Shown: positions 40,745 to 51,052, counted from the stretch's first letter. The stretch is DNA of 64,000 nucleotides from Anaerolineales bacterium (GCA_049281855.1 JBAPSY010000170.1:1151-65150); one strand, 5' to 3'. Notes: generated by a model from the letters alone, not told the origin. Numbers and translations: made by a program.

Positions 40745-42186
40745 GACTGGTACTCCAATGCAGACACGATGCGATCCATCCTCATAAGATTAGAGCCCTT
40801 AACCAAAACAACATCCCCTGGTTTTAAATTCGGGTGCAGGTATTCAATAGCCTGGTCCACTTGGTCCAAAACGGTAATTTTCCCGCCCGATAATCCTGCT
40901 TCCAGAGCAGCTTCAGCAATTATCCGCCCACGCTCACCCAACGTTACCAGCTCATCCACCACTTCCGCAGCACGGATGCCTACCATTTCGTGCCCGCGTC
41001 GTTCATATTGACCCAGCTCGAGCATATCGCCCAAAACAGCTACTTTGCGCCCTTCCAGGTCGTTCAACAGGTTGAGCGCTGCCAACATAGATTCAGGAGA
41101 GGCATTGTAGGTATCATCCAGGATCAAAGCGCCATTTTGAGTGTGGACAGCGATCAGGCGCAGCTCATTGCTCGCTGAACGTAAGCCGCTTATTATCTCC
41201 TGCCATGTCAACCCATCCACCAATCCCACTGCTGCCGCACGAAGGACTGTTTGAACCGAATGTCTACCGATCAAAGGCACCCGCAACTGCAAGACTTCTG
41301 CTGGACGGTTCATCTCCTGGCGATAATGTAAAATAAAACGGATCCCTTCCAATCCCAGACTTTCAACATTATCCGCCCATAAGTCGACGACATTCTCCAT
41401 ACCGTAGAAAAAGACGTGGGCGTGGGTCAGGGCAGCCATGTTTCTCACCAGCGGATCATCATAATTCAGGATGGCATACCCATCTTCCGGCAACCCTTGA
41501 ATCAGCTCTGATTTGCCGTGGGCGATCTCCTCCTGTGAGCCTGCGCGTGAGGCGTGCACTGTGCCGATCATGGTCACCACACCAATACGGGGTGAAGCCA
41601 GGTCACACAGAAATTTGATTTCACCAGGAACATAAAAACCCATCTCCAAGACAGCTCTTTCATGCTGTTCGGTTAAGCTGAGCATGGTTAGTGGGAGACC
41701 AATTTCATTATTTAAATTGCCTTTGTTTTTCAGGGTGCAATATCTTTGGCTTAATACTTCTGCCACAACCTCTTTCGTGGTTGACTTACCAACGCTACCA
41801 GTGATACCAATCACTTGCACATTCAGCTTATTCCGCCAGAATTTCGCCACTTGCTGCAAGGCTTTGAGCGGATCATCCACACGGATGCAGAAAGCCCCCT
41901 CGAGGTTACTTAATCTGGCGATGAGTTCATCAGGCGGGAGGACAGAGCGCATGTCCAACGACTCAAACTGGCTGCTCATATCGCGTTTCACAAACGCATA
42001 CCTTGCTCCAGCTGAAAATGCTTCACCGATAAAATCATGCCCATCGTGGTGTTCTCCTGGCAGAGCAACGAACAATGACCCTGGGATTGTCTGACGCGAG
42101 TCGATCGCTGCCTCGGTGATCACCGTGGTCGCCATTTCGGGGTGTATCCCTGTCAAAGCTTCGAGAACATCAGCCAGTGAAATCAC
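40741..42186 (-). CDS. murF: UDP-N-acetylmuramoyl-tripeptide--D-alanyl-D-alanine ligase
   Basis: 481 aa. DSRQTIPGSLFVALPGEHHDGHDF is present, and the MurF-type P-loop GITGSVGKSTTKEV rather than the MurE VTGTNGKTT. Confidence 0.88.
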   Translation of the reverse strand: MISLADVLEALTGIHPEMATTVITEAAIDSRQTIPGSLFVALPGEHHDGHDFIGEAFSAGARYAFVKRDMSSQFESLDMRSVLPPDELIARLSNLEGAFCIRVDDPLKALQQVAKFWRNKLNVQVIGITGSVGKSTTKEVVAEVLSQRYCTLKNKGNLNNEIGLPLTMLSLTEQHERAVLEMGFYVPGEIKFLCDLASPRIGVVTMIGTVHASRAGSQEEIAHGKSELIQGLPEDGYAILNYDDPLVRNMAALTHAHVFFYGMENVVDLWADNVESLGLEGIRFILHYRQEMNRPAEVLQLRVPLIGRHSVQTVLRAAAVGLVDGLTWQEIISGLRSASNELRLIAVHTQNGALILDDTYNASPESMLAALNLLNDLEGRKVAVLGDMLELGQYERRGHEMVGIRAAEVVDELVTLGERGRIIAEAALEAGLSGGKITVLDQVDQAIEYLHPNLKPGDVVLVKGSNLMRMDRIVSALEYQS

Positions 42187-42197
42187 AAATAATTCCC

Positions 42198-44093
42198 TTA
42201 ATGGTTTGCTAAGCCCTGTAAAACTCCATCTGGGGGGATGTCCATTAGAACCACCAGGCGTTTGACCATATCACGAAAAACTGGAGCAGCAACAACTGAA
42301 CCCCATGGAGAGCTGGTCGGTTTCTCAAGCCAGATGTAAACTAAAAAGCGGGGATTGTCCACAGGTCCCCAGCCAACAAAAGACGCATTCGTCTCGCTGC
42401 TTGAATATCCGGTTGGGGTAGCGATTTCCGCTGTACCTGTCTTGCCTGCCACCCGGTATCCTTCTACCAGTGCATCGGAAGATTCCCCTTCAAGCGAGTT
42501 GGCGAGCAGTTCTGTTAATGTATGGGCGGTATCGGAAGAAACCGGTTTACCTACGATCTGAGGTGTGGGGGTGTATTGAAAGCCATCCCGCACCATAGAT
42601 CGCATCACATGCGGCATCATCATCTCGCCTTTACCATTGGCAACGGAAGAAATCGCCATGATCATCTGGATGGGGGTGACTGCGACGCCCTGCCCAAATG
42701 AATTTGTCCCAAGCTCGGCTTCGTACCAATCGGTATCGCCAGGGAGTTTTAACCTTCCTGCGGCTTCACCTGCTAGATCGATACCGGTAATCCGTCCAAA
42801 GCCAAAACTCTGCATGTACTGGTAAAAAGGACCTGCTCCCAATTGAGTTGCCACCCAGGTGAGGCAAACGTTGAGCGAGTGGGCCAAACAGCCCTGCATA
42901 TTCTGCGGACCCCAGGCGCCCCAATCCCAGTTATGGATCGTGATGCCGCCAACTTGGATCGAACCCGTATCCACAAACTCAGTGTCAGGTGTGACCGCAC
43001 CGTTATCCAGCGCTGCCGCCATGGTTAAGACCTTGAACACTGATCCCGGTTCATAATCCTGGCTGACTGCCCGGTTGTATGGGGTGTTATCGGTGAAGAC
43101 ACTGGCGTAATTCCAATACTCATTCGGATTCAACCTTGGTGTGCTTGCAATGGCAAGCATCTCACCCGTATTCGGATCCATCACCAGGATCACTCCACCA
43201 TCTGCACCGCTTTCATCCAGACCATTGTTGAGCACATCTTCTGCTGCTGCCTGAATCTCACGGTCAATGGTCAGGACGATATCTGCCCCTGCTTTAAGCT
43301 GGGGAATTTCGGTCACCTGGTACGGATCCAAAGTCATCCACACGGATTGTGGGACACCAGCCAATAGGTCATTGAATTCTGCCTCCACGCCGAACATGCC
43401 GGTCCCCTCACGGTTGACAAACCCAAGGATATTTGCCCCTAGCTCATTTTCAGGGTAATAACGCTGCAGGCGTGGCCGATATACCAAACCATTCAGACTG
43501 GGCTTGCCTGCTTCTCCGTAATCGACATTTGGCAGGTTGACATAGTTCTGTGCCCAATCCTGTAATTGGGTTAATTCATCGGGTGTAACAAAATCTGCTA
43601 ATTGAACATAAGCGGTTCCTGAAATTTGTGCCTGGTGGATTACAGCAAAAATATCATCGTAATAGCCTGAATAGTTATATTCAGCATGGTTCACTAATAC
43701 TTTACTTACCGCAAAGGCAATTGAATCGGGGTTATCAACATTATCAACCTGTGCACCAACTTCATACACCAACGTGCTGCCTGCTAACAAGCGACCCCAG
43801 CGATCATAGATATCACCACGCGGAGGATAAAAAATGTGCAACGTACGGGAATATTGCTCTCCCTGTGAGACGAATTCGCTCCTTTCAGGACTGAATTGGA
43901 GTCTGACAAACTGGATGATGATCATCACCCCCGCTAACGAAAATAAGACCGCCAATAAATTAAATCGCCAACCGGTCAGAGTCTGACCGGCTTTTTCATT
44001 TGCTGAATGTGTTATTTCGGGAATTTCAATGCGGGGCTGTTTCCGCCGGATGCGTCCCGCCGGAACAACTTGATCTGCCATAAATCTTCTCAT
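42198..44093 (-). CDS. ftsI: Penicillin-binding protein (class B transpeptidase, FtsI/PBP2 type)
   Basis: 631 aa. It has an N-terminal TM and dimerisation domain. Transpeptidase motifs: SVFK (SxxK), HSLN (SxN), KTGTA (KTG). Confidence 0.9.
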   Translation of the reverse strand: MRRFMADQVVPAGRIRRKQPRIEIPEITHSANEKAGQTLTGWRFNLLAVLFSLAGVMIIIQFVRLQFSPERSEFVSQGEQYSRTLHIFYPPRGDIYDRWGRLLAGSTLVYEVGAQVDNVDNPDSIAFAVSKVLVNHAEYNYSGYYDDIFAVIHQAQISGTAYVQLADFVTPDELTQLQDWAQNYVNLPNVDYGEAGKPSLNGLVYRPRLQRYYPENELGANILGFVNREGTGMFGVEAEFNDLLAGVPQSVWMTLDPYQVTEIPQLKAGADIVLTIDREIQAAAEDVLNNGLDESGADGGVILVMDPNTGEMLAIASTPRLNPNEYWNYASVFTDNTPYNRAVSQDYEPGSVFKVLTMAAALDNGAVTPDTEFVDTGSIQVGGITIHNWDWGAWGPQNMQGCLAHSLNVCLTWVATQLGAGPFYQYMQSFGFGRITGIDLAGEAAGRLKLPGDTDWYEAELGTNSFGQGVAVTPIQMIMAISSVANGKGEMMMPHVMRSMVRDGFQYTPTPQIVGKPVSSDTAHTLTELLANSLEGESSDALVEGYRVAGKTGTAEIATPTGYSSSETNASFVGWGPVDNPRFLVYIWLEKPTSSPWGSVVAAPVFRDMVKRLVVLMDIPPDGVLQGLANH

Positions 44094-44620
44094 GGCTTGG
44101 CCTCACTGAATAATCTGGCTGTTTTACGCACCAGATCCGTGACCCAATCAAATAACGATTCTTTGAACTGGGGATCGATGGCAGATGCATTAACCACCAC
44201 GGGTTCTGGTGGCGGTGCCAGCGAAGTAGTCTGCCTTTCAAAATAACCTGGAACTTCCATGTAATCGATATGCTCAGCATCAACGGGTATCATATTAAGA
44301 TTTTTCACTCGTTCCTGCATAATGGAATATGAAGTCAGGTACGCCAACTGGCTGGTGAGATTGGCGATTCTTTGCTCCAATTCTTCGATTGGTACGTAGT
44401 CCTCTCCTGTATCCCCTGAAAGATAATGGTATCCATAGACGCGCACTTGCATTTCCTGAATCTGTCTTCCGACAGCTGCTGCCCGTGCAGTGACGTTCAA
44501 GTAAATCCCAGCAATGATGGCTGCACAAACCAAAAATAATAAAATCACCCCGATCATGTACATCTGTTTCCGCCAGGGCGCTTGTGAGTAAGCATGTGTC
44601 AATTGGTGTATGTTTTCCAT
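44090..44620 (-). CDS. FtsL-like bitopic cell-division membrane protein (assigned mainly by position)
   Basis: 176 aa. It has one TM (MIGVILLFLVCAAIIAGIYL) followed by a coiled-coil-like segment. It occupies the ftsL slot between rsmH and ftsI. Confidence 0.5.
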   Translation of the reverse strand: MENIHQLTHAYSQAPWRKQMYMIGVILLFLVCAAIIAGIYLNVTARAAAVGRQIQEMQVRVYGYHYLSGDTGEDYVPIEELEQRIANLTSQLAYLTSYSIMQERVKNLNMIPVDAEHIDYMEVPGYFERQTTSLAPPPEPVVVNASAIDPQFKESLFDWVTDLVRKTARLFSEAKP

Positions 44621-44764
44621 ATCGTCTACCTATCTAAAAACCCGTCCACTTTTGATAATATTGAACTGTTCCATTGTTAATTTCGCGAACTTACCGGCTA
44701 ACGTCAACCATCATCAAAAGGAAACGGGTTTCTAGTGCAGGTTTGCAAGTCTTATGCCATTTTT

Positions 44765-45736
44765 CTAAATTGTTTCTTCTATCCTTTCCGCCACCCTCAA
44801 TCGGGCACTGCGGGAACGGGGATTATTTCGCTTTTCAGCCTCTTGCGGTCGTATAGGTTTGCTTGATAATATCCGCAAGGTTGCTTTATGACCACAAGTA
44901 CAAACTGGCTGGCGAGGTGGGCAAATACAATCTCTGCTCTCTCTGCGCACAAATTGCTTGACAATGCGGTCTTCGAGCGAGTGGAACGAAATAATCGCTA
45001 ATCGACCTCCGGGTGCTAGCGCCTCAAGCATCTGAGGTAAGACTTCTTCGAGGGCGTCCAACTCGCCATTCACTGCGATGCGTAATGCCTGAAAGGTCCG
45101 TGTGGCTGGGTGGATACCGCTTTTTCCTCCACCGGTCACTCCTGCCACCACCTTTGCCAGCTGTGTGGTGGTGGTGATAGGCCTGGCATTTACAATTGCT
45201 CGAGCCACCCGCCTTGACCGATGTTCTTCTCCATAGCGGAACAATATATCAGCCAGCTCAACCTCATCCATTTGATTCACCAGGTCTACCGCACTAATTT
45301 TTCCAGCCGGGTCAAAGCGCATATCCAAGAGCGCCTCTGCTTGAAAGGAAAAGCCTCTTGCTTGAGTGTCAAGCTGCATGGAGGATAATCCGAGGTCCAA
45401 CAGGATTCCATCCACCAAGCACCACTTCAAAACTGCCAGCTGCTTGAGCAGGGTTACGTAGGATGCTCGCACAAGATGAGCTCGTTCTCCAAACTCTGCC
45501 AGCTTTTCACGAGCCAGGACGAGTGCGTGAGGGTCTACATCCAACCCGAGCAATTGGCCATCCGGGTTGCTGGCCTGAAGGATTCCCCAGGCATGCCCCC
45601 CAGCACCCACTGTGCCATCCACATACAACCCTCCCCGTTGAGGCTGCATCGCGTGTATAATTTCATTGTAAAGAACTGGTTGGTGCGTCATCACCTGAAA
45701 AATTGGATTCGCCGTCTGGCTAAGAAATTTTGGCAA
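44765..45736 (-). CDS. rsmH: 16S rRNA (cytosine1402-N4)-methyltransferase
   Basis: 323 aa from a TTG start. ATG 45691 (MTHQPVLYNE...) is the more likely start. The SAM motif is DGTVGAGGHA. Confidence 0.92.
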   Translation of the reverse strand: MPKFLSQTANPIFQVMTHQPVLYNEIIHAMQPQRGGLYVDGTVGAGGHAWGILQASNPDGQLLGLDVDPHALVLAREKLAEFGERAHLVRASYVTLLKQLAVLKWCLVDGILLDLGLSSMQLDTQARGFSFQAEALLDMRFDPAGKISAVDLVNQMDEVELADILFRYGEEHRSRRVARAIVNARPITTTTQLAKVVAGVTGGGKSGIHPATRTFQALRIAVNGELDALEEVLPQMLEALAPGGRLAIISFHSLEDRIVKQFVRRESRDCICPPRQPVCTCGHKATLRILSSKPIRPQEAEKRNNPRSRSARLRVAERIEETI

Positions 45737-45744
45737 TCCGACGG

Positions 45745-46194
45745 TTATCCAGAACTGGTGGATAAATCTAGAACCTTAAAACGCTCGGTATTCGCCTCTG
45801 CTTCATCCAACGCATGCTGCTGGAGTGACCATTCATCGGATGACCAGATTTCGAAATAATTACCCTGCCCCACCAGAACTGCATCATGATCACTGGCTAA
45901 GCCAACTTTCTGGCACAGGAAATCTGGGATCAAAATGCGGCCTGCTTTATCGATTTCCAGACGGGAGGCAGATCCGAAGATTAGTCTGCGTAATGCTCGT
46001 GCCAAAGGATCAGTAACGCTCATCTGGTCTAGACGATGTGAGATAGCTTCAAATGCTTTTGTGGTCAATACCATCAGGTTCCGGTCAAAACCGCGCAGTA
46101 TATATGCACCTTCATCCATTAATTCGCGGTAACGCGCCGGAACAGTCAGGCGGTCTTTGTTGTCTATGCTGTGTCGGTACTCACCTAAAAACAT
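45745..46194 (-). CDS. mraZ: Transcriptional regulator MraZ
   Basis: 149 aa. It begins MFLGEYRHSIDNKDRLTVPARYR and has a second SpoVT/AbrB-like repeat (DKAGRILIP). Confidence 0.95.
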   Translation of the reverse strand: MFLGEYRHSIDNKDRLTVPARYRELMDEGAYILRGFDRNLMVLTTKAFEAISHRLDQMSVTDPLARALRRLIFGSASRLEIDKAGRILIPDFLCQKVGLASDHDAVLVGQGNYFEIWSSDEWSLQQHALDEAEANTERFKVLDLSTSSG

Positions 46195-46243
46195 ATGTTC
46201 TAGTTATCCCTTTTTTATACGAAACGCCGGAATCACCGGCGTT

Positions 46244-46307
46244 CCCACTTTAACCCACTTTATAACACAATTACCCACAGTATAGTATAGATTATTAAAT
46301 AAATCAA
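46244..46307 (-). promoter_or_regulatory. mraZ/dcw promoter with phased MraZ-box direct repeats
   Basis: The minus strand reads TTGATT (46302-46307), a 17-nt spacer, then TATACT (46279-46284). GTGGG repeats follow immediately at 46274-78, 46254-58 and 46244-48, with a degenerate copy (GTGTT) at 46264-68. All four sit on a 10-bp period. Confidence 0.6.
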
Positions 46308-46357
46308 GGATATTTAACCCCAATTTAATACCAATTTATAACTTGCAGGAAATCCTA

Positions 46358-47761
46358 ATGTCCAAACACCCTCTCCATGACTATCGCCCCCTTTTTGTCG
46401 GTCTGGATGCTCTTATCCCTTTGTTAGATGGCAGCTGTCATTGTTATACCAATCTAGATAATGCCGCTTCGACGCCCCCAATGAAAGCCGTCCAATATGC
46501 CGTGGACGACTTTCTGGTTTATTACAGTAGCGTCCATCGCGGCACAGGATTCAAGAGCCAGCTTTCCACTTATGCATACGAACAATCACGCCAGCTTGTG
46601 TTGGAATTTGTAGGTGCAAATCCCAGGGATTACACCTGCATATTTGGCAAGAACACAACTGAAGCCATCAACAAGCTTGCCCGGCGATTTCCCTTTAATG
46701 ACAAGCGCAATATCGTCATCACAACCGGGATGGAACACCACTCCAATGACCTACCTTGGCGGGCTGCCACCCACGTCATCCATGTAAACCTGATGGCCGA
46801 TGGACGTTTGGATGAAACGGACTTTGATGCTCAGTTTTTAAGGTATGCTGACCAGGTAGCCATGGTTACTATCACAGGTGCCAGTAATGTGACTGGATAT
46901 CTCAACCCCATTCATCGCCTGGCCGAGAAAGCTCATTCTGCTGGAGCCATGTTCATGGTGGATGCCGCTCAGCTCGCCCCACATCGCAAGATCGATATGC
47001 TCCCATTGGACGATCCTGCTCATATCGACTTTATCAGCATTTCAGCTCACAAAATGTACGCCCCGTTTGGAACTGGTGCCCTCATCGGGAGGAAGGATAT
47101 CTTTGAGCACGGTGACCCCGATATGACCGGTGGTGGCACGGTTGAAATCGTCACCCTGGATAACGTGGTTTGGACTGGACCTCCCGAACGGGATGAAGCT
47201 GGCAGCCCCAACGTCATTGGTGCGGTCGCCCTGGCTGCAGCGATACGCCAACTAGCCACAGTGGGTATGGATGAAGTGGCTCGCCATGAAGCTAACCTTA
47301 CCAGGTACGCATTGGAAAAACTGAAGACCATCCAGGGTCTCCGGGTTTACGGTGACACCGACCCAACTAAAGCTGGGGATCGCTTGGGTGTGATCCCGAT
47401 CGAACTTATGCGAGTCGACCATTTCCTGGCAGCAGCCATATTAGGTTACGAGTTTGGAATCGGTGTGCGCAGTGGTTGTTTCTGCGCTCACCCTTATATA
47501 CTGCATTTGCTGGGTCTGAGCAAGGATGAGGCAGCAGAAGTGCGCCGGCGCATGCTGTCTGGTGATAAATCTGAGATGCCTGGGTTGATCCGTATCTCCT
47601 TTGGGCTTTACAATACACTCGAAGATGTGGACGTCCTCATTAATGCCCTGCGCTGCATCTCAAAAGGCGAATACAACGGTAAGTACATACAGGACAAAAC
47701 CACGGGCGAATATTCACCCATGGCCTGGCAACCGAATTTCACCGAATACTTTAAAGTTTAA
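46358..47761 (+). CDS. Class-V aminotransferase-fold PLP enzyme (cysteine desulfurase/selenocysteine lyase-like)
   Basis: The ORF starts at TTG 46343. I prefer ATG 46358. The PLP lysine context is SISAHKMYAPFGTGAL. Confidence 0.75.
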   Translation: MSKHPLHDYRPLFVGLDALIPLLDGSCHCYTNLDNAASTPPMKAVQYAVDDFLVYYSSVHRGTGFKSQLSTYAYEQSRQLVLEFVGANPRDYTCIFGKNTTEAINKLARRFPFNDKRNIVITTGMEHHSNDLPWRAATHVIHVNLMADGRLDETDFDAQFLRYADQVAMVTITGASNVTGYLNPIHRLAEKAHSAGAMFMVDAAQLAPHRKIDMLPLDDPAHIDFISISAHKMYAPFGTGALIGRKDIFEHGDPDMTGGGTVEIVTLDNVVWTGPPERDEAGSPNVIGAVALAAAIRQLATVGMDEVARHEANLTRYALEKLKTIQGLRVYGDTDPTKAGDRLGVIPIELMRVDHFLAAAILGYEFGIGVRSGCFCAHPYILHLLGLSKDEAAEVRRRMLSGDKSEMPGLIRISFGLYNTLEDVDVLINALRCISKGEYNGKYIQDKTTGEYSPMAWQPNFTEYFKV

Positions 47762-47768
47762 GAACTTG

Positions 47769-47811
47769 TTGGGGCACAAACGCTGATAACCGCAGGATAA
47801 CTGTGCCCCAA
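47769..47811. terminator. Hairpin between convergent genes (possible bidirectional terminator)
   Basis: TTGGGGCACA / TGTGCCCCAA form a perfect 10-bp stem with a 23-nt loop. There is no clear U-tract. Confidence 0.35.
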
Positions 47812-47823
47812 TGAGTATCCTTA

Positions 47824-50088
47824 TCAAGAACGACTGGCTGCGTCCATCACTGCCACTGCTGCAATATTGACGATATTTCTCACATCATCACCAGTCTGAA
47901 GGACGTGAATGGGTGCACCGATCCCCAGCAGGATGGGACCAATCGCCTGGGCATTCCCTAACCTTGCCAGGAGCTTATAAGCAATATTAGCCGCTTCAAG
48001 GGAAGGGAATACCAGCACATTCGCATCACGCACCTGGCTGAATGGGTAACGCTGATCGATCAGCTCGGGTACAACGGCTGTATCTGCCTGCATCTCGCCA
48101 TCCACCGGGAAGTCAGCACCGCGGGCGCGGATCAGCTCGACGGCGTGCCGGACCTTCTCAGATAACGTGTGCGGTGTGCTGCCAAAATTGGAGAAGGAAA
48201 GCAGTGCAACACGTGGCTTAATCTGCAGCTGACGGGCAAAATCTGCAGCCAGAAAAGCAATATCTGCCAAATCCTCCGCACTTGGGTCAATATTTACCGT
48301 GGCATCGGTGAAGAGATAAGTGCGCTTCCCCACGATCATGATATACACCCCGGCTGCAATCCGTTTCCCAGGCTGCGTGTGGTGGATACGCAGTGCCGGA
48401 CGGATTACATCTGGATAATCGAAAGTCAATCCTGAGACTGACGCGTCTGCATCTCCCATTTTGACCATCATGGCAGTGAACACATTGGGTTCGAGAATCC
48501 TACGCCGGGCATGCCAGATGGTCACCCCTTTACGTTGGCGAAGCTTGCTGTATGCTTCTGCATAGATTTCAAAACGTGGGTGATTCACAGGGTCCACGAT
48601 AAGCATGTTATCGTCCAAACCCAACGCTTCGAGTTTTCCACGAATGACCGATTTCCTCCCTAACAGGATGGGAATCCCAAATCCCTCATCCAGGATCTGC
48701 GCGGCAGCTCGAATGATCTTCGCTTCTTCGCCTTCCGCAAAGACGATGCGCTTTTTTGGTGAGGCAGTCTTGGCTTTGTCCATGATGTAATACCGCACTT
48801 GCTCCCCCATCCCTTGCCGGAACGCTAGCTGTTGGCGGTACTCACTTATATTAATTATTTTGCGCGCCACACCAGTTTCCATCGCTGCCTGAGCAACTGC
48901 GGGCGACTCCCATAACAGTACACGTGGGTCCAGAGGCTTGGGGATGATGTATTCTGGACCAAACTTTAAGGATTCCAACCCATACGCCCTCAAGACACTA
49001 TCTGGTACATCTTCTTTGGTAAGTGCTGCCAATGCTTGTGAAGCCGCAACTTTCATCTCCTCATTGATCGCCCTGGCACGGACGTCCAGCGCGCCGCGAA
49101 AGATGTATGGGAAACCAAGCACATTATTGATTTGGTTGGGGTAATCCGAGCGCCCAGTTGCCACAATTGCATCGGGACGGGCTTCCCTTGCCAGTTCATA
49201 TTTGATTTCGGGGTCAGGATTCGCCATGGCAAATATAAGCGGTTGCACAGCCATGGTTTTAACCATTTCAGGAGTGAGGATGTCTGCTATCGAAAGCCCG
49301 TAAAAAACATCTGCATCCCTCACTGCCTCTGCCAGGGTGCGCTTGTCGGTTTCATTCGCCAAACGTTCCTTGTATTTATTCATCCCCTCTACGCGACCTT
49401 TGTAGACCACTCCGCGGGTATCCACCAGCATGATGTTCTCACGACGGGCGCCCAGACGGATCATCAGTTCAGCGCAGGAAATAGCAGACGCGCCAGCACC
49501 CGATATCGTGATGTGTACCTCATCCAGTTTTTTACCAACCACTTCCAATCCATTGACTAAAGCTGCCCCTGAGATGATCGCGGTTCCATGCTGGTCGTCA
49601 TGAAAGACCGGTATATCCAGCATGCCTTTGAGGGTCTCTTCTATATAAAAGCATTCCGGTGCTTTGATATCCTCCAGATTTATTCCGCCGAAGGTAGGTG
49701 ATATTGCCGCGGCTGCCTGAATGATCACATTTGGATCGTGCGAGTTAATTTCGATATCGAACACATCCACATCAGCAAAGCGCTTGAACAAAACCCCTTT
49801 ACCTTCCATGACTGGTTTGGATGCCAGTGCCCCCCGATCACCCAAACCTAGAATGGCTGTTCCATTGCTAATGACTGCCACCAAATTACCTTTAGAGGTG
49901 TATTCGTAGGCGAGCTCAGGGTCTCTCTCAATTTCCAGGACCGGTACCGCAACCCCGGGGGTGTACGCCAGGCTGAGATCACGCTGGGTTTCCATGGGCT
50001 TCGTTGGAACTACCGATATTTTGCCTGGTTTCCCATCCAGGTGGTGATATTCGAGTGCTTCTTCGCGTGTGACTTTTGCCATGATCAT
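47824..50088 (-). CDS. maeB: NADP-dependent malic enzyme (malic enzyme plus phosphate-acetyltransferase-like domain)
   Basis: 754 aa. The N-terminus (EALEYHHLDGKPGKISVVPTKP...AYTPGVA) is malic-enzyme-like and the C-terminus is a PTA-like domain. AGGAGG lies upstream. Confidence 0.9.
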   Translation of the reverse strand: MIMAKVTREEALEYHHLDGKPGKISVVPTKPMETQRDLSLAYTPGVAVPVLEIERDPELAYEYTSKGNLVAVISNGTAILGLGDRGALASKPVMEGKGVLFKRFADVDVFDIEINSHDPNVIIQAAAAISPTFGGINLEDIKAPECFYIEETLKGMLDIPVFHDDQHGTAIISGAALVNGLEVVGKKLDEVHITISGAGASAISCAELMIRLGARRENIMLVDTRGVVYKGRVEGMNKYKERLANETDKRTLAEAVRDADVFYGLSIADILTPEMVKTMAVQPLIFAMANPDPEIKYELAREARPDAIVATGRSDYPNQINNVLGFPYIFRGALDVRARAINEEMKVAASQALAALTKEDVPDSVLRAYGLESLKFGPEYIIPKPLDPRVLLWESPAVAQAAMETGVARKIINISEYRQQLAFRQGMGEQVRYYIMDKAKTASPKKRIVFAEGEEAKIIRAAAQILDEGFGIPILLGRKSVIRGKLEALGLDDNMLIVDPVNHPRFEIYAEAYSKLRQRKGVTIWHARRRILEPNVFTAMMVKMGDADASVSGLTFDYPDVIRPALRIHHTQPGKRIAAGVYIMIVGKRTYLFTDATVNIDPSAEDLADIAFLAADFARQLQIKPRVALLSFSNFGSTPHTLSEKVRHAVELIRARGADFPVDGEMQADTAVVPELIDQRYPFSQVRDANVLVFPSLEAANIAYKLLARLGNAQAIGPILLGIGAPIHVLQTGDDVRNIVNIAAVAVMDAASRS

Positions 50089-50231
50089 TCCTCCTAATAT
50101 TCTTTAACCGCCGCTGATGAAGAGAAAAACTCCATGATTGTATAAGGCCTATTTTACCCCGGCTGGTCGAGCGCGATTAACTATTTACGAAAAGAATCAA
50201 GGAAAAGTCCCATGATTTGCTGGTTTTTTGC

Positions 50232-51050
50232 TTAATGCTGGCTTTGCAATTCAAGCCTTCTGAGCAGAGTAAGCAAAATGAGTGATACAGCTAGCAGAAT
50301 AACGGATAATACCAAAGCTACTCCCAACCCCTGTTCAAATCCGACATAGATTGCCAGGGGCATGGTTTGGGTTTTACCTTCCAAATTACCAGCGAAAAGT
50401 AAGGTTGCTCCGAATTCACCCAAAGCGCGCGTCCAAGATAAGATGATCCCGGTCAATAACGCACGAAATGCAAGGGGGAGCATAATGAGTCGAAATATAT
50501 GCCAATTGTTAGCTCCCTCCACTCTTGCCGCTTCTTCCAATTGGGGATCGATCGCGGCAAAGCCTATCCGGGCTGAACGCACTAATAACGGGGCGGATAC
50601 AAAAACCTGTGCCATGACCACTGCCACGGTTGTGAATGGCAGGGTGATGCCAATTGTATTCAACATGCCCCCAAAAATCCCCCCTCTACCAAATGCCAGC
50701 AACAGAGCAATCCCTGCGACTGAGGGTGGTAAGACAACCGGCAGGTCCACCAATAAATCAAGGATTGCCCTGCCACGGAACTTCCAATGCACCTGGATAT
50801 ATGCTAATGGTGTGCCAGATACGAGGGATATTGCTACGCTGGCAATACTTGTGATCAGGCTTAATTTGAGCGCATTCAAAGCGCTTTCGGATATTGCTAA
50901 TGAAAAGATCTTTACGTTAACCGACCGCCAAATTAATGCAAAGATCGGCAATCCAATCAGACCGGTCAGCACCAAGCTTGGTAGGATTAGTTGCCAGCCT
51001 GGTACGCCATCCGTTGTATTGCGATGAAATAAACCACGAAATAGTTTCAT
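50232..51050 (-). CDS. modB: Molybdate ABC transporter permease
   Basis: The ORF extends to 51080. ATG 51050 directly follows the modA stop. It is a CysT/ModB-type permease with an EAA loop (EEAARVEGAN). Confidence 0.85.
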   Translation of the reverse strand: MKLFRGLFHRNTTDGVPGWQLILPSLVLTGLIGLPIFALIWRSVNVKIFSLAISESALNALKLSLITSIASVAISLVSGTPLAYIQVHWKFRGRAILDLLVDLPVVLPPSVAGIALLLAFGRGGIFGGMLNTIGITLPFTTVAVVMAQVFVSAPLLVRSARIGFAAIDPQLEEAARVEGANNWHIFRLIMLPLAFRALLTGIILSWTRALGEFGATLLFAGNLEGKTQTMPLAIYVGFEQGLGVALVLSVILLAVSLILLTLLRRLELQSQH

Positions 51051-51052
51051 AA

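Noticed and set aside
50362-51027. 221-aa plus-strand ORF
   Set aside because: It is antisense to modB (a clear ABC permease) and has low-complexity Asn/Arg/Pro/Ala shadow-frame composition.
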